Below, piece after piece: positions 45,841-55,995 of a stretch of 64,000 nt of DNA. Origin of the DNA: Oscillospiraceae bacterium. GTDB taxonomy: Bacteria; Bacillota; Clostridia; Oscillospirales; Ruminococcaceae. The notes beneath the pieces are model-generated. The model did no database searches, had not been told where the DNA came from, and was given only the letters and a program-made list of their open reading frames with translations. The stretch is taken from the NCBI GenBank assembly GCA_017518255.1, contig JAFWVK010000083.1, forward strand, positions 11,146 to 75,145, in the 5' to 3' direction. The stretch's first letter is position 1. Each line of letters begins with the position of its first letter. A program made the position numbers and the translations under genes.

Positions 45841-46533
45841 ATGCAAGTGAAACCGCAGGCGGAACTGGAGAATGTCATCGGCTACCGTTTCAAAAATCAG
45901 TCGCTGCTGACAGAGGCGCTTTGCCATTCTTCTTATGCAAATGAAAAGCGCACGCTGAACTGCAACGAGCGTCTGGAATTTCTCGGAGACAGTGTGTTGT
46001 CCGTTGTGGTGTCCAATCACCTCTTCCGGAACTGTACGCATCTGCCGGAGGGCGAACTGACTAAAATCCGCGCCTCTCTGGTCTGTGAGAAATCCCTGTA
46101 TGAGTGGGCAAAAAGAATCGGGCTGGGGGATTATCTGCTGCTGGGACACGGAGAGGATCAGTCCGGCGGCAGGGAGCGTCCGTCGATTCTTTCGGATGCC
46201 TTTGAAGCCGTGATAGCGGCAATGTTTCTGGACGGCGGCTATGAAGCCGTGACCCCTTATATCCTGCGCTTTCTGCCGGAGCAGTTTGACCGTCCGTCCG
46301 AAGCGTTTCATGATTATAAAACCGCTTTGCAGGAGGTCATTCAGCAGAATCCGGAGGAGCATGTGGAATACGTGCTGGTCGGTGAGGAAGGCCCCGACCA
46401 TGCAAAGCTGTTTCAGATGGAGGTGCGCCTGAATTCCAATGTCATCGGCAGGGGAACAGGACGCTCCAAGAAGATTGCAGAACAGATGGCTGCGAAGGAA
46501 GCATTGCTGCTGATGGGTGAAATCACCGGCTGA
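45841..46533 (+). CDS. rnc: Ribonuclease III
   Basis: RNase III signature ERLEFLGDSVL and a C-terminal dsRBD. Confidence 0.95.
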   Translation: MQVKPQAELENVIGYRFKNQSLLTEALCHSSYANEKRTLNCNERLEFLGDSVLSVVVSNHLFRNCTHLPEGELTKIRASLVCEKSLYEWAKRIGLGDYLLLGHGEDQSGGRERPSILSDAFEAVIAAMFLDGGYEAVTPYILRFLPEQFDRPSEAFHDYKTALQEVIQQNPEEHVEYVLVGEEGPDHAKLFQMEVRLNSNVIGRGTGRSKKIAEQMAAKEALLLMGEITG

Positions 46534-46549
46534 AAGAAAAGGAGCGGCT

Positions 46550-47281
46550 ATGAAAAAACCGGTTAAAATTCTGTGTATTGCCGGCGGCGTTCTTGCGGCG
46601 GCGGGTGCGGCGGTGGTTGCATTTGCCCCCGGTCTGTTTACTTATCTGAATGTGCTGCGAAAATATCCGAATATCATAAAGACGATTCCGGTTTTTCAGA
46701 AGTACAGTGTGCCGCAGAATTATGTGCAGTATACGGTCAAAGGCCTGACAATGTCCGTTCCGGCGGAATATACGCTGAAAGATTCCGGATTGGTATTTAT
46801 CGGTGCAGACGGGAAAACTTCCGTTCTGGTGACGCGCCACGACGAGACCTTGTTAGCACAGTATGTGAACCCGTGGGATTCGCAGAAGTATACTGAGGCG
46901 GATTATAAAAGCTATTTTCGTGCAGTCGGAGCGCCGTTTCCGAAAACTGCCGATGCACGGACAGAGCTGCTCTGGTACTGCAAGGGGACGCTGATGCCGG
47001 AGGACTGTCTGAAGCTCCGCGGCATGAACCGAAAGGTCTTCAAAGAACTCGCTGAAACCAAGAACAGCGCATGGGAGATGGAGGATGCCTGGGAACTCCC
47101 GGTCAACGGAGCAAAGGCATATGTCAGCTGCGGAAAAACAGATATTGTGACATCGGTTGGAAACTGGACACTGACCGTTTATCCGGATGACAGCAGGAGC
47201 GACAAGATTTTTGTGGTTTTCCGGACAGATGACACGACCGCAAAACAGATAATCAGCTCGGTTCAGATATCTGCAGAATAA
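46550..47281 (+). CDS. N-terminally membrane-anchored protein, unknown function
   Basis: ATG after AAAGGAG, a single TM segment (ILCIAGGVLAAAGAAVVAF) and an extracytoplasmic domain of about 210 aa. No motif recognised. Confidence 0.65.
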   Translation: MKKPVKILCIAGGVLAAAGAAVVAFAPGLFTYLNVLRKYPNIIKTIPVFQKYSVPQNYVQYTVKGLTMSVPAEYTLKDSGLVFIGADGKTSVLVTRHDETLLAQYVNPWDSQKYTEADYKSYFRAVGAPFPKTADARTELLWYCKGTLMPEDCLKLRGMNRKVFKELAETKNSAWEMEDAWELPVNGAKAYVSCGKTDIVTSVGNWTLTVYPDDSRSDKIFVVFRTDDTTAKQIISSVQISAE

Positions 47282-47292
47282 GGAGAGATTCT

Positions 47293-48795
47293 ATGAAAAA
47301 AGTGACAGCAATTCTGGCGTCTGTTCTTTTTCTGCTGACGGCTGTTTCCTGCGGAAATAACGGTTCACAGCAGAGCGCACAGGAGCAGAGCAGTCTGGCT
47401 GTTCCGGTTCAGGATGCAGAGCCGAGTGTGCTGAACAATAAAATGACGGATTCAGAGCGCAGCAGGGTTGACAAACATGCACTGACGCTGCTGGACGACC
47501 CGTCAAAGCAGGAGCATCAGGTCAGTATTGAGCTGACGCATTGTCCGGCGGAGGAGCAGCTTCAGTATCTCGATCAGCTGAAGGAGCAGGGGCTCGTCGA
47601 GCCGGAAGAATATGAAGAGCTGTATGCGCAGGCAAAAAAGCTCCTTGATGAAGGAAAGGAGCTGGAGATTGTCAAATATGTGCTGGTTGACGGCTGCTAT
47701 TACTGCGGGCTGACACCGCCGGAGGATTATGACGGCGGAGAGCTGCGCTTTACGACAAGCATTATGGAGACCGGAGAGGACGGCGAACCGGTCGAGAAGA
47801 CCGTTGCCAAGAGCTGTGCGAACTTTGAGGAATATCTGGATACACTGGAAACAGAATCGCTCAAAAAGCAGGCAAGGCTGGTCTTTGCCGCGTTTGCAGA
47901 CCATTCCTATACGCTGCTCCCGGAGGGCTATATCGACTTTGAAAATCCGCCGGTCGGTCTCTGGAATGATCCGTTTGACGACAAAAGAAGTACATGGGAA
48001 TTGGACCGCGAAGCCGTGCAGGCAATTGCGGACAGCATCGACGAATACAGTATCTACGATGCCGAAATGCAGGTGGAATTCCTTGTTCATGTGACGCGCC
48101 CGCCGGAGTATGACCCTGCAAAGACCTATCCGGTGATTCTGCTGACAGATGCCGTCTGGCGCTTCGGCAATGTGCCGGCGATGCGGCAGCTCATCGCGGA
48201 CGGCAAAGCCGCGCCGGTGCTGATTGCAACACTCGGCTATAACTACCGCATGGACGGCACGAATGAATATTACCGCTTTACGCATCTGGTGGAGCAGCGT
48301 GATCAGCTGCTGGATTTCATCACGGACAATCTGATGCCGTATCTGTGCGAAAATTACCGCATTGACTGCGAAAACTCCACACTCTTCGGGCATTCTGACG
48401 GCGGTGTGTTTGCGCATAACGCACTGTTTAATTCCGACCGGTACGAGAATCAGCCGTTCGGGCGCTATATCATCGGCAGCCCTGCCTTTTTCGGACTGTA
48501 TGACGAGGATGCACAGGTGAATCTCAGACCGGACGAGGCACTGAACGATTACGGCTATTTCGACCGCCATGAAACGCTGGACAAGCGCGTCTGGCTCTGC
48601 GGCGGCTCGCAGGAGGATCCGGATTACGAGGATCTTTACCGCGGGCATGACACCACGCTGGAGGGGCTTGTGCATCTGCGCGACCGGATCGGTGCGCACT
48701 CCAAGGACTATTTCTATAAGCTCTATGAGTCGCATCATTATCAGTACATTCCTGAAATGCTGACAGAGTATCTGAAAACGGAATATCCCGTTTAA
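47293..48795 (+). CDS. Lipoprotein with C-terminal alpha/beta-hydrolase (putative esterase family) domain
   Basis: Signal peptide with LTAVSC lipobox-like cysteine and nucleophile elbow GHSDGG. The N-terminal 230 aa or so are unassigned. Confidence 0.75.
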   Translation: MKKVTAILASVLFLLTAVSCGNNGSQQSAQEQSSLAVPVQDAEPSVLNNKMTDSERSRVDKHALTLLDDPSKQEHQVSIELTHCPAEEQLQYLDQLKEQGLVEPEEYEELYAQAKKLLDEGKELEIVKYVLVDGCYYCGLTPPEDYDGGELRFTTSIMETGEDGEPVEKTVAKSCANFEEYLDTLETESLKKQARLVFAAFADHSYTLLPEGYIDFENPPVGLWNDPFDDKRSTWELDREAVQAIADSIDEYSIYDAEMQVEFLVHVTRPPEYDPAKTYPVILLTDAVWRFGNVPAMRQLIADGKAAPVLIATLGYNYRMDGTNEYYRFTHLVEQRDQLLDFITDNLMPYLCENYRIDCENSTLFGHSDGGVFAHNALFNSDRYENQPFGRYIIGSPAFFGLYDEDAQVNLRPDEALNDYGYFDRHETLDKRVWLCGGSQEDPDYEDLYRGHDTTLEGLVHLRDRIGAHSKDYFYKLYESHHYQYIPEMLTEYLKTEYPV

Positions 48796-48839
48796 TTCTT
48801 GTATGCGGACGCTGTGTCCGCAGGGAGGATTCTTTCTAC

Positions 48840-51800
48840 ATGTACTTAAAATCACTGGAGCTTCAGGGCTTCAAATCATTCCCCGATAAAATCAGTCTCA
48901 GCTTTGACGAGGGCTTTACAGCGGTTGTCGGACCCAACGGCAGCGGCAAGAGCAATATCGGCGACGCGGTTCGCTGGGTGCTCGGTGAGCAGTCTACGAA
49001 GGAGCTGCGCGGCAAGAGCATGGAGGACGTTATCTTCTCCGGCACCAAAACGCGCAAGCAGATGGGTTTTGCCGCTGTTACGCTGACCATTGACAACAGT
49101 GACGGCGTACTCGCCGGACAGGAACCGGAGGTCGCAGTCACGCGCCGGCTCTACCGGAGCGGAGACAGCGAGTATCTGATTAACGGAAAAAATGTCCGTC
49201 TGAAAGATATCAACGAGCTGTTTATGGATACCGGGCTCGGCAGAGACGGCTATGCAATCATCGGACAGGGCAGAATTGCGGAAATCGTCAGTGCAAAATC
49301 CAACGAAAGACGGGATATCTTTGAGGAAGCGGCAGGCGTTTCCAAGTTCCGCTACCGCAAGCAGGAGGCGGAGCGCAGACTTGCCGCCGCACAGGAGAAT
49401 ATGCTCCGTCTGACCGATATTGCAAGCGAACTGCAAAGCCGTCTCGGACCGCTGAAAACACAGGCGGAAAAGGCGGAAAAATATCTGGTTCTGGCACAGG
49501 AGCGCAAGGTGCTGGAGGTATCCTTCTGGATACACCGGCTCGGTACGCTTTCCGCACAGATGCAGACATTATCGGACAGCTATTTGCAGCTGACCGCGGA
49601 ATATGATAATTTACAGAGCGATCTGGATCGCGAGGACGAAAAGCTCCGGCTTGCTTATCAGGATATGCAGCAGGCAACTGCCGACATTGAAACCCTGCAA
49701 AATAAAATCGTCGCATCGGAACAGGAAAATGCAGAAGTTACTGCAAAAATTGCTGTTTCTGAGAATGAGATCCGGCACAGCGAGGATCGCATTGTGCAGT
49801 TAAAAGCACAGCAGAATGATCTGAACAATTCCGGCGGTGAGTGGGAACAGAAGCTCAATGAGCAGGATGCCTATCTCGAAACGCTGAGCCGTCGGCTGGA
49901 AGATCTGAAACTGAAAATTCAGGCGCGGGAACAGGAACTGGAAATCCTTTCTGCACAGAATCAGTCCCGCAATGACGAGATTACATCGCAGGATGCAGAT
50001 CTGCGGCAGCTTTATTTGCAGCAGAATGAATCCGATGTCCGGATACAGGGAATGGAGCGGGACCTGCTCGAAACGCAGGAGATGCTGCGCCGCGCCGAGG
50101 CAGACAGCACCGGCGTCAGCGAGCGGCTGAAAACCTACGAAAAACAGGAGCAGACTCTGAAAAAGCAGCTTGACGGGATTCACGGCAAACAGCAGGAGCA
50201 GAAAAACCGTCTGGAGGGATGCAGGCAGCTCGCCGGCATCCGGGAAGGCAAATATCAGCAGCTTCTGGATAAAATGAATGCTGTCACCGCCGAATACAAT
50301 CAGATGCAGCAGAAGCAGCGCATTCTGCGGGATCTGGAACAGAATATGGAGGGCTATGCCGGAAGCGTCCGGCAGATTCTGAAAGTATCCGGCAGCGGCA
50401 GAATCAGCGGCATTCACGGTACTGTCGCGCAGCGCATCACGGTATCGTCGGAATACGGAACTGCGATTGAGACCGCACTCGGCGGCGCACTGCAAAATAT
50501 CATTGTGGAGAATGAGGAAACGGCAAAGCGCTGCATCCGCTATCTGAAAGATGTTCACGGCGGCAGAGCGACCTTTCTTCCGATGACAACAATCCGCAGC
50601 AACCGGATTCATGAAAGCTTTGACGGAATTGACGGATTTGTTGCCGTTGCCTGCGATCTGGTTCAGTTTGATGAGCCGTACCGTGAGATTATCGAAAACC
50701 TGCTCGGCAGAATCATTGTCGCAGAGGATATTGATGCGGCATCCCGCATTGCAAAGGAAAACCGATACCGCTTCCGGATTGTTACGCTGGACGGTCAGGT
50801 TGTGAATACGGGCGGTTCCTATACGGGAGGTTCCGCACTGCGCTCTGCGGGTGTCATCACCAGAACACATGAGCTTGAAGAAACTGCGAAAAAGCTGAAA
50901 GAACTGGAAACAGAGCAGGAAACTCTGCGTACCGAAACGGCTAAGCGCAAGGCAGAATGGGCAAAGCTGCTGACCGATATTGAGGGTGCGCAGGCGCTCC
51001 TGACAGAACTGCAGCAGCAGGAACATGACGTTCAGCAGCAGCTTGCCGCATTGCAGGCAAGAGCGAATTCCGATGCCGCATGGCAGGAGAATGAGGCGGA
51101 GCAGAGAAAGAGACTGGAAGAAAAAGTCGAACAGACAGAGGAAACGATCCGGCAGGCAAAGGATGCAAAAGCCGACCTTGACTGTCAGGTGAAAGCCGCA
51201 GGGGAGGCTCTGCGCGAAATATCTGTCACACAGACCCGTATGCTCAGCGAGCAGGAGGTTCTTTCGCAGGGTATTGCGGAGGACAGGATCCGGCAGGCGG
51301 AGCTCGGAAAAGATCTTGAAAGCGAACGCCGCCGCAGAATCGCAATGGCGCAGTCTATGGAACAGGCAGGCGATCAGCTTGCCGCGCTTCAGGAGGATAT
51401 TAAGCGCGAAAGAAACAATATCGCAAGCCGGCAGCAGGAGATTACTGCACTGAAAGAGGGACAGACGGCACGCCGCGGTCAGATTACCGAAATGCAGGAG
51501 AAAATCGGCGTACTGCGGCGTGACCATGATGAAAAAGAACGGCATACGCGCCTGATTAACGAGGGAATCAATGAACTCAAGGATGCAAGGGAAAAACTCT
51601 CCGCAGAACGCATCCGTGTCGAGGAAAAGCAGAACCGCGTGCAGAGCGAGGCTGACGATCTCGTGTTCAGGCTTCAGGAGTCCTATGAGCTGACCAGAAC
51701 CGAAGCGGAGGCGCAGGCACAGCCGATCGAAAACATCAAAGAAAGCGAAGCACAGCTTAATTCTGTCAAGGCGAAAATCCGTGCGCTTGGCTCGGTCAAT

Positions 51801-52397
51801 GTCGCCGCCGTGGATGAATACAAGGAAGTCTCCGTGCGATACGGCGACCTTTCTGCACAGCTTGCTGATATTGAACAGGCGAAGCAGGAGCTGGAGCAGC
51901 TGATTGAGCGGCTGACTGCGGATATGTGTTCAATCTTCCGGGACAGTTTTATCAGGATCAATCAGTATTTCGGAGAAATATTTCACGAGCTGTTCGGCGG
52001 CGGAAGTGCATCGCTGGAGCTGACCGATCCGGAGCATATTCTGGAATCCGGCATTGAGATCAAGGTTGCGCCGCCCGGAAAGGTAATCAAGAATCTGATT
52101 TCCCTCTCCGGCGGAGAACAGTCCTTTGTCGCAATCTGTATCTATTTTGCAATTCTGAGACTGAGACCGGCACCGTTCTGTATTCTCGATGAGATTGATG
52201 CGGCACTGGATGAGGTCAATGTCCGAAAATATGCACAGTATCTGAAACATTTCTTCGGACAGGTGCAGTTTGTTGTGGTCACGCACCGCCGCAGTGCAAT
52301 GGATGAGGCAAATGTGCTGTACGGTGTCACGATGCAGGAGGACGGCGTTTCCCGCCTGCTCCGGCTTGACCAGAACGGCGTTGCAGTGACGGATTAA
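48840..52397 (+). CDS. smc: Chromosome segregation protein SMC
   Basis: Walker A GPNGSGKSN, long coiled coils, hinge, signature LSGGEQ and Walker B ILDEIDAALD. Confidence 0.98.
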   Translation: MYLKSLELQGFKSFPDKISLSFDEGFTAVVGPNGSGKSNIGDAVRWVLGEQSTKELRGKSMEDVIFSGTKTRKQMGFAAVTLTIDNSDGVLAGQEPEVAVTRRLYRSGDSEYLINGKNVRLKDINELFMDTGLGRDGYAIIGQGRIAEIVSAKSNERRDIFEEAAGVSKFRYRKQEAERRLAAAQENMLRLTDIASELQSRLGPLKTQAEKAEKYLVLAQERKVLEVSFWIHRLGTLSAQMQTLSDSYLQLTAEYDNLQSDLDREDEKLRLAYQDMQQATADIETLQNKIVASEQENAEVTAKIAVSENEIRHSEDRIVQLKAQQNDLNNSGGEWEQKLNEQDAYLETLSRRLEDLKLKIQAREQELEILSAQNQSRNDEITSQDADLRQLYLQQNESDVRIQGMERDLLETQEMLRRAEADSTGVSERLKTYEKQEQTLKKQLDGIHGKQQEQKNRLEGCRQLAGIREGKYQQLLDKMNAVTAEYNQMQQKQRILRDLEQNMEGYAGSVRQILKVSGSGRISGIHGTVAQRITVSSEYGTAIETALGGALQNIIVENEETAKRCIRYLKDVHGGRATFLPMTTIRSNRIHESFDGIDGFVAVACDLVQFDEPYREIIENLLGRIIVAEDIDAASRIAKENRYRFRIVTLDGQVVNTGGSYTGGSALRSAGVITRTHELEETAKKLKELETEQETLRTETAKRKAEWAKLLTDIEGAQALLTELQQQEHDVQQQLAALQARANSDAAWQENEAEQRKRLEEKVEQTEETIRQAKDAKADLDCQVKAAGEALREISVTQTRMLSEQEVLSQGIAEDRIRQAELGKDLESERRRRIAMAQSMEQAGDQLAALQEDIKRERNNIASRQQEITALKEGQTARRGQITEMQEKIGVLRRDHDEKERHTRLINEGINELKDAREKLSAERIRVEEKQNRVQSEADDLVFRLQESYELTRTEAEAQAQPIENIKESEAQLNSVKAKIRALGSVNVAAVDEYKEVSVRYGDLSAQLADIEQAKQELEQLIERLTADMCSIFRDSFIRINQYFGEIFHELFGGGSASLELTDPEHILESGIEIKVAPPGKVIKNLISLSGGEQSFVAICIYFAILRLRPAPFCILDEIDAALDEVNVRKYAQYLKHFFGQVQFVVVTHRRSAMDEANVLYGVTMQEDGVSRLLRLDQNGVAVTD

Positions 52398-52440
52398 CAC
52401 TGTTTTATGATGATGCAAAACCTCAAAAAGGAGGCTGTTT

Positions 52441-53781
52441 ATGGGCATTTTTGCAAAAATTCGTGACGGGCTGAGAAAGACGCGCAACAGCGTAATTCAG
52501 GGCCTGCGGAAGCTGCTTGGTTCCTTTACGAAAATTGACGAGGAGCTGTTCGATCAGCTCGAAGAAACCATGATTATGGGCGATATGGGCGCGGAAACGG
52601 CAGTTCAGATTTGCGATACGCTGCGCGATCGTGTCAAGGAGCGCGGCATTACCGACCCGAATGATATCATGGGACTGATTCAGGAGATTACCTCCGAGAT
52701 GCTCGGCGCCGACGAGGAACTGAATCTTTCCACAACGCCGTCCGTAATTCTGGTTATCGGCGTGAACGGTGCCGGAAAAACCACGACAATCGGAAAGCTT
52801 TGCCACCAGTTTAAGCAGGAGGGCAAGCGTGTCATTGTCGCCGCAGCGGATACCTTCCGTGCGGCAGCGATCGACCAGCTCGCTGTCTGGACAGACAGAG
52901 CCGGCGTGGAACTTGTGCGCCATGCAGAGGGAAGCGACCCGGCAGCCGTTGTGTTTGACGGCATTACGGCGGCGAAAGCACGGCACTGTGATGTGCTGAT
53001 CTGCGACACTGCCGGCAGACTGCATAACAAGAAGAACCTGATGCAGGAGCTTGCAAAAATCAACCGGATCATTGACCGTGAGGCGGAGGGCTGCGCAAAG
53101 GAGTGCCTGCTGGTTCTTGACGCCACGACCGGACAGAATGCAGTCAATCAGGCGCGCCTGTTTCAGGAGGTTGCGCCGATTACCGGCATCGTTCTGACCA
53201 AGCTTGACGGTACGGCAAAGGGCGGAATTGTTATCTCGATCCGCAATGAACTCGGCATTCCTGTGAAGCTGATCGGTGTCGGTGAAGGCATTGACGATCT
53301 TCAGAAATTTGAAGCACGGAGTTTTGTCGATGCGCTGTTTGACCGTGAGGCGGATGATACCGAAAAAGACGGGAAATCCGCTCCGGCAGATGAGGAAGCA
53401 GACGTTTTTGAGGATGAAACAGATGCGGAATCCGTTCCGGCGGAAGATGCTCCGGAGACAGATATTCCGGAAACGGATATTCCGGAAGAAATTGCTTTTG
53501 CGGAGGAATCCGCAGCAGCCGAAGAAGAACTGCCTTCTGAGCCTGCCCTAAGCGGGGAGATTTCTGCGAATGAGCAGATTCCCGAACCGGCGTATGTGCA
53601 GGAGAATGCGGAGCAGCCTTCTGAAGAAAGCAATGATGCTCTGAATGCGGAAACGGAACTTCCGGAGCAGACAGAGGATGCAGCGGCGGATTCTGCGGAA
53701 GAATCTGCCGAGGAAGCGGCAGCAGAGGAAGAACAACCGAAGAAGCGCGGTCTGTTCGGCTTCTTCCGCAGAAAAAAGTGA
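52441..53781 (+). CDS. ftsY: Signal recognition particle receptor FtsY with about 145-aa acidic C-terminal extension
   Basis: The NG domain starts at residue 1 (GVNGAGKTTT, DTAGR, TKLD). An E/A/P-rich tail follows, ending in KKRGLFGFFRRKK. Confidence 0.95.
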   Translation: MGIFAKIRDGLRKTRNSVIQGLRKLLGSFTKIDEELFDQLEETMIMGDMGAETAVQICDTLRDRVKERGITDPNDIMGLIQEITSEMLGADEELNLSTTPSVILVIGVNGAGKTTTIGKLCHQFKQEGKRVIVAAADTFRAAAIDQLAVWTDRAGVELVRHAEGSDPAAVVFDGITAAKARHCDVLICDTAGRLHNKKNLMQELAKINRIIDREAEGCAKECLLVLDATTGQNAVNQARLFQEVAPITGIVLTKLDGTAKGGIVISIRNELGIPVKLIGVGEGIDDLQKFEARSFVDALFDREADDTEKDGKSAPADEEADVFEDETDAESVPAEDAPETDIPETDIPEEIAFAEESAAAEEELPSEPALSGEISANEQIPEPAYVQENAEQPSEESNDALNAETELPEQTEDAAADSAEESAEEAAAEEEQPKKRGLFGFFRRKK

Positions 53782-53790
53782 GGAACCGGA

Positions 53791-54417
53791 ATGAAGCTGA
53801 TTCTTGCAACCAACAATCAGAATAAGCTGCGCGAAATCCGCGGCATTCTGGCGGAAACCGGCATTGAAGTTGTTTCACAGCGCGAAGCAGGCTATGATTT
53901 CGATGCCGATGAAACCGGTACAACATTTGCGGAGAATGCACAGATCAAGGCAGAGGCACTTTGGAATGCCGCTGCTGAAAAAGGGGAGCGCTGTTTTGTG
54001 CTCGCCGATGACAGCGGGCTTTCCGTCGATGCACTGAACGGAGAACCGGGTGTGTATTCACACCGCTGGGCAGGGGAGAACGCAACCGATTCCGACCGTA
54101 TTGCAAAGCTGCTTTCCGCTTTGCAGGATGTGCCGGATGAAAACCGCGGCGCGCATTTTTCCTGCGCGATGTGCCTGATGACCCCGGACGGAATCCTGCA
54201 TCATTTTGAGGGCAGGGCAGAGGGCAGCATTCTGCGGGAGCCGCGCGGCGAAAACGGCTTCGGATATGATCCGGTTTTTGACCGGAACGGCAGAAGCTTT
54301 GCAGAAATCCCCGCAGAGGAAAAAAATGCCGTATCCCACAGACACAATGCACTGATGCAGGTGCTTGCGTTCTTTCGGGAGAACGGATGCAGATCAGAAG
54401 GAGATCGGATATGCTGA
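53791..54417 (+). CDS. rdgB: Non-canonical purine NTP pyrophosphatase (RdgB/HAM1)
   Basis: LATNNQNKLREI and FGYDPVF motifs. Confidence 0.93.
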   Translation: MKLILATNNQNKLREIRGILAETGIEVVSQREAGYDFDADETGTTFAENAQIKAEALWNAAAEKGERCFVLADDSGLSVDALNGEPGVYSHRWAGENATDSDRIAKLLSALQDVPDENRGAHFSCAMCLMTPDGILHHFEGRAEGSILREPRGENGFGYDPVFDRNGRSFAEIPAEEKNAVSHRHNALMQVLAFFRENGCRSEGDRIC

Positions 54418-54719
54418 CAAGCAAACAGCGCGCACAGCTGCGCGGAATGGCGAGTACGCTCGAAAGCATCCTGACCGTCGGAAAAGGCGGCATGTCGGAG
54501 CAGCTGACCAAACAGGCTGCGGATGCACTTCTGAAACGGGAACTGATTAAAGGGCATGTGCTGGAAACCTGCGAATATACGGCGCGGGAAGCCGCGGAGA
54601 TGCTCGCGGGAGAGACCGGTGCGGAGGTCGTCTGTGCCATCGGAAACCGCTTTGTGCTGTATAAGGCACACCCGAAAAAGCCGGTCATTCAGCTGGTTCA
54701 GCAGAAGAATAAAAAATGA
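54411..54719 (+). CDS. yhbY: YhbY-like CRM-domain RNA-binding protein
   Basis: MLTSKQRAQLRGMA...VGKGG pattern and an AGAAGGAG RBS. Overlaps the rdgB end. Confidence 0.88.
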   Translation: MLTSKQRAQLRGMASTLESILTVGKGGMSEQLTKQAADALLKRELIKGHVLETCEYTAREAAEMLAGETGAEVVCAIGNRFVLYKAHPKKPVIQLVQQKNKK

Positions 54720-55366
54720 AGCGGAAAATCGGATTGTTCGGCGGCAGTTTTAATCCGATTCATCTGGGACATCTGCATCTTGCAAAAGCCGTAAAGCGCG
54801 GACTGAAGCTGGACGGAGTTCTGCTGATGCCTGCCGGCAATGCGCCGCATAAAAGCTCTGCGGCGTATGTCTCCGCAGAACACCGCGCAGAGATGTGCCG
54901 GCTTGCGGCGGAAAAATATCCGTGGATGAAGGTTTCCGACTATGAAATCCGCAAGGGCGGGAAAAGCTATACGGTCGAGACTCTCCGCGCATTGACGGAA
55001 TCGGATCCGGAAACGGAATGGACGCTGATGATCGGGAGCGATATGCTTCTGACATTTGACAAATGGTACTGCTGGCAGGAAATTTTGCGGATGGCATCGC
55101 TTTGTGCGGTGTCACGCGAAACCGGCGATATGCCGGAACTGATGAAAAAGGCGGAACAGCTCAGAAAAGAGGTTCCGGGTGCGGAAATCCGTGTGCTTCG
55201 TGCCGCGGCGTTCCCGGCATCTTCGACGGAGATTCGCGAAAAACTGCGGAATCGGGAAGATTGCTCTTGCCTTTTGCCGGAAAATGTAGTACAATATATA
55301 GAAAGCAGACAGCTTTATCAGGCGGATGAGGAGCGTGAGCATCATGGGCAAGTCGGAGCAGAATGA
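54716..55366 (+). CDS. nadD: Nicotinate-nucleotide adenylyltransferase
   Basis: GGSFNPIHLGH motif and an ATGA overlap with the upstream gene. Confidence 0.95.
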   Translation: MKRKIGLFGGSFNPIHLGHLHLAKAVKRGLKLDGVLLMPAGNAPHKSSAAYVSAEHRAEMCRLAAEKYPWMKVSDYEIRKGGKSYTVETLRALTESDPETEWTLMIGSDMLLTFDKWYCWQEILRMASLCAVSRETGDMPELMKKAEQLRKEVPGAEIRVLRAAAFPASSTEIREKLRNREDCSCLLPENVVQYIESRQLYQADEEREHHGQVGAE

Positions 55367-55958
55367 GCAGATACGGACAATGACTGCACTTGTGAAGGCA
55401 AAGCTTTCCAAAAAACGCTTTATGCATTCGGTTAATGTGGCGCGTGCTTCGCATATGCTTGCGGAACGCTGGGGCGCCGATCCTGACCGTGCATATCTCG
55501 CCGGACTGCTGCATGACTGCTGCAAGGAAATGCCTTTCCCTGAGCAGGAGGAGCTGATGCGGAACGGACCCTTTCCGGTCAGCGAGGCGGAATGGCGCTG
55601 CAAACCGGTCTGGCACGGGATTGCCGCCGCTGCCTATATGCATGCAGAGCTCGGCATTGAGGATGCGGAGGTTCTGGCTGCCGCACGCTGGCATACGGTC
55701 GGTCATGCAGGGATGACAAAGCTGGAGGAGATTGTCTATATGGCGGATCTGATTTCGGCAGACCGTACTTACCGTGATGTGGAGCGTTTCCGGAAACTGG
55801 CACAGAACGATCTGGAAAAAGCCATGCTGTATGCATTTGAATTTGCAATTGAAAGTGTTCTGAAAAAAGAAACGCCGCTTCCGGTTTCAACCGTGGAGGC
55901 ATATAATTATTATCTGGATTGTATAGCCCGCAGGACGGAGCAGAAAATGAAAAAGTAA
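55344..55958 (+). CDS. yqeK: HD-domain protein YqeK (bis(5'-nucleosyl)-tetraphosphatase family)
   Basis: HSVNVA...LLHDCCKE HD motif and conserved nadD-yqeK-rsfS order. Start uncertain (55326 GTG or 55344 ATG). Confidence 0.88.
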   Translation: MGKSEQNEQIRTMTALVKAKLSKKRFMHSVNVARASHMLAERWGADPDRAYLAGLLHDCCKEMPFPEQEELMRNGPFPVSEAEWRCKPVWHGIAAAAYMHAELGIEDAEVLAAARWHTVGHAGMTKLEEIVYMADLISADRTYRDVERFRKLAQNDLEKAMLYAFEFAIESVLKKETPLPVSTVEAYNYYLDCIARRTEQKMKK

Positions 55959-55995
55959 TACCGGATCCGTTTTCCGGCAAAAAAGGAGGTTTCTT

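Noticed and set aside
49800-51545. 581-aa minus-strand ORF inside smc
   Set aside because: It is antisense to the SMC coiled-coil region. It is a codon-aligned shadow rich in L/F/Q/C.
53455-53490. Tandem 15-nt repeat encoding ETDIPETDIPE in the ftsY tail
   Set aside because: It has only two units and lies inside a low-complexity acidic region. I treat it as slippage-type micro-duplication, not a separate feature.
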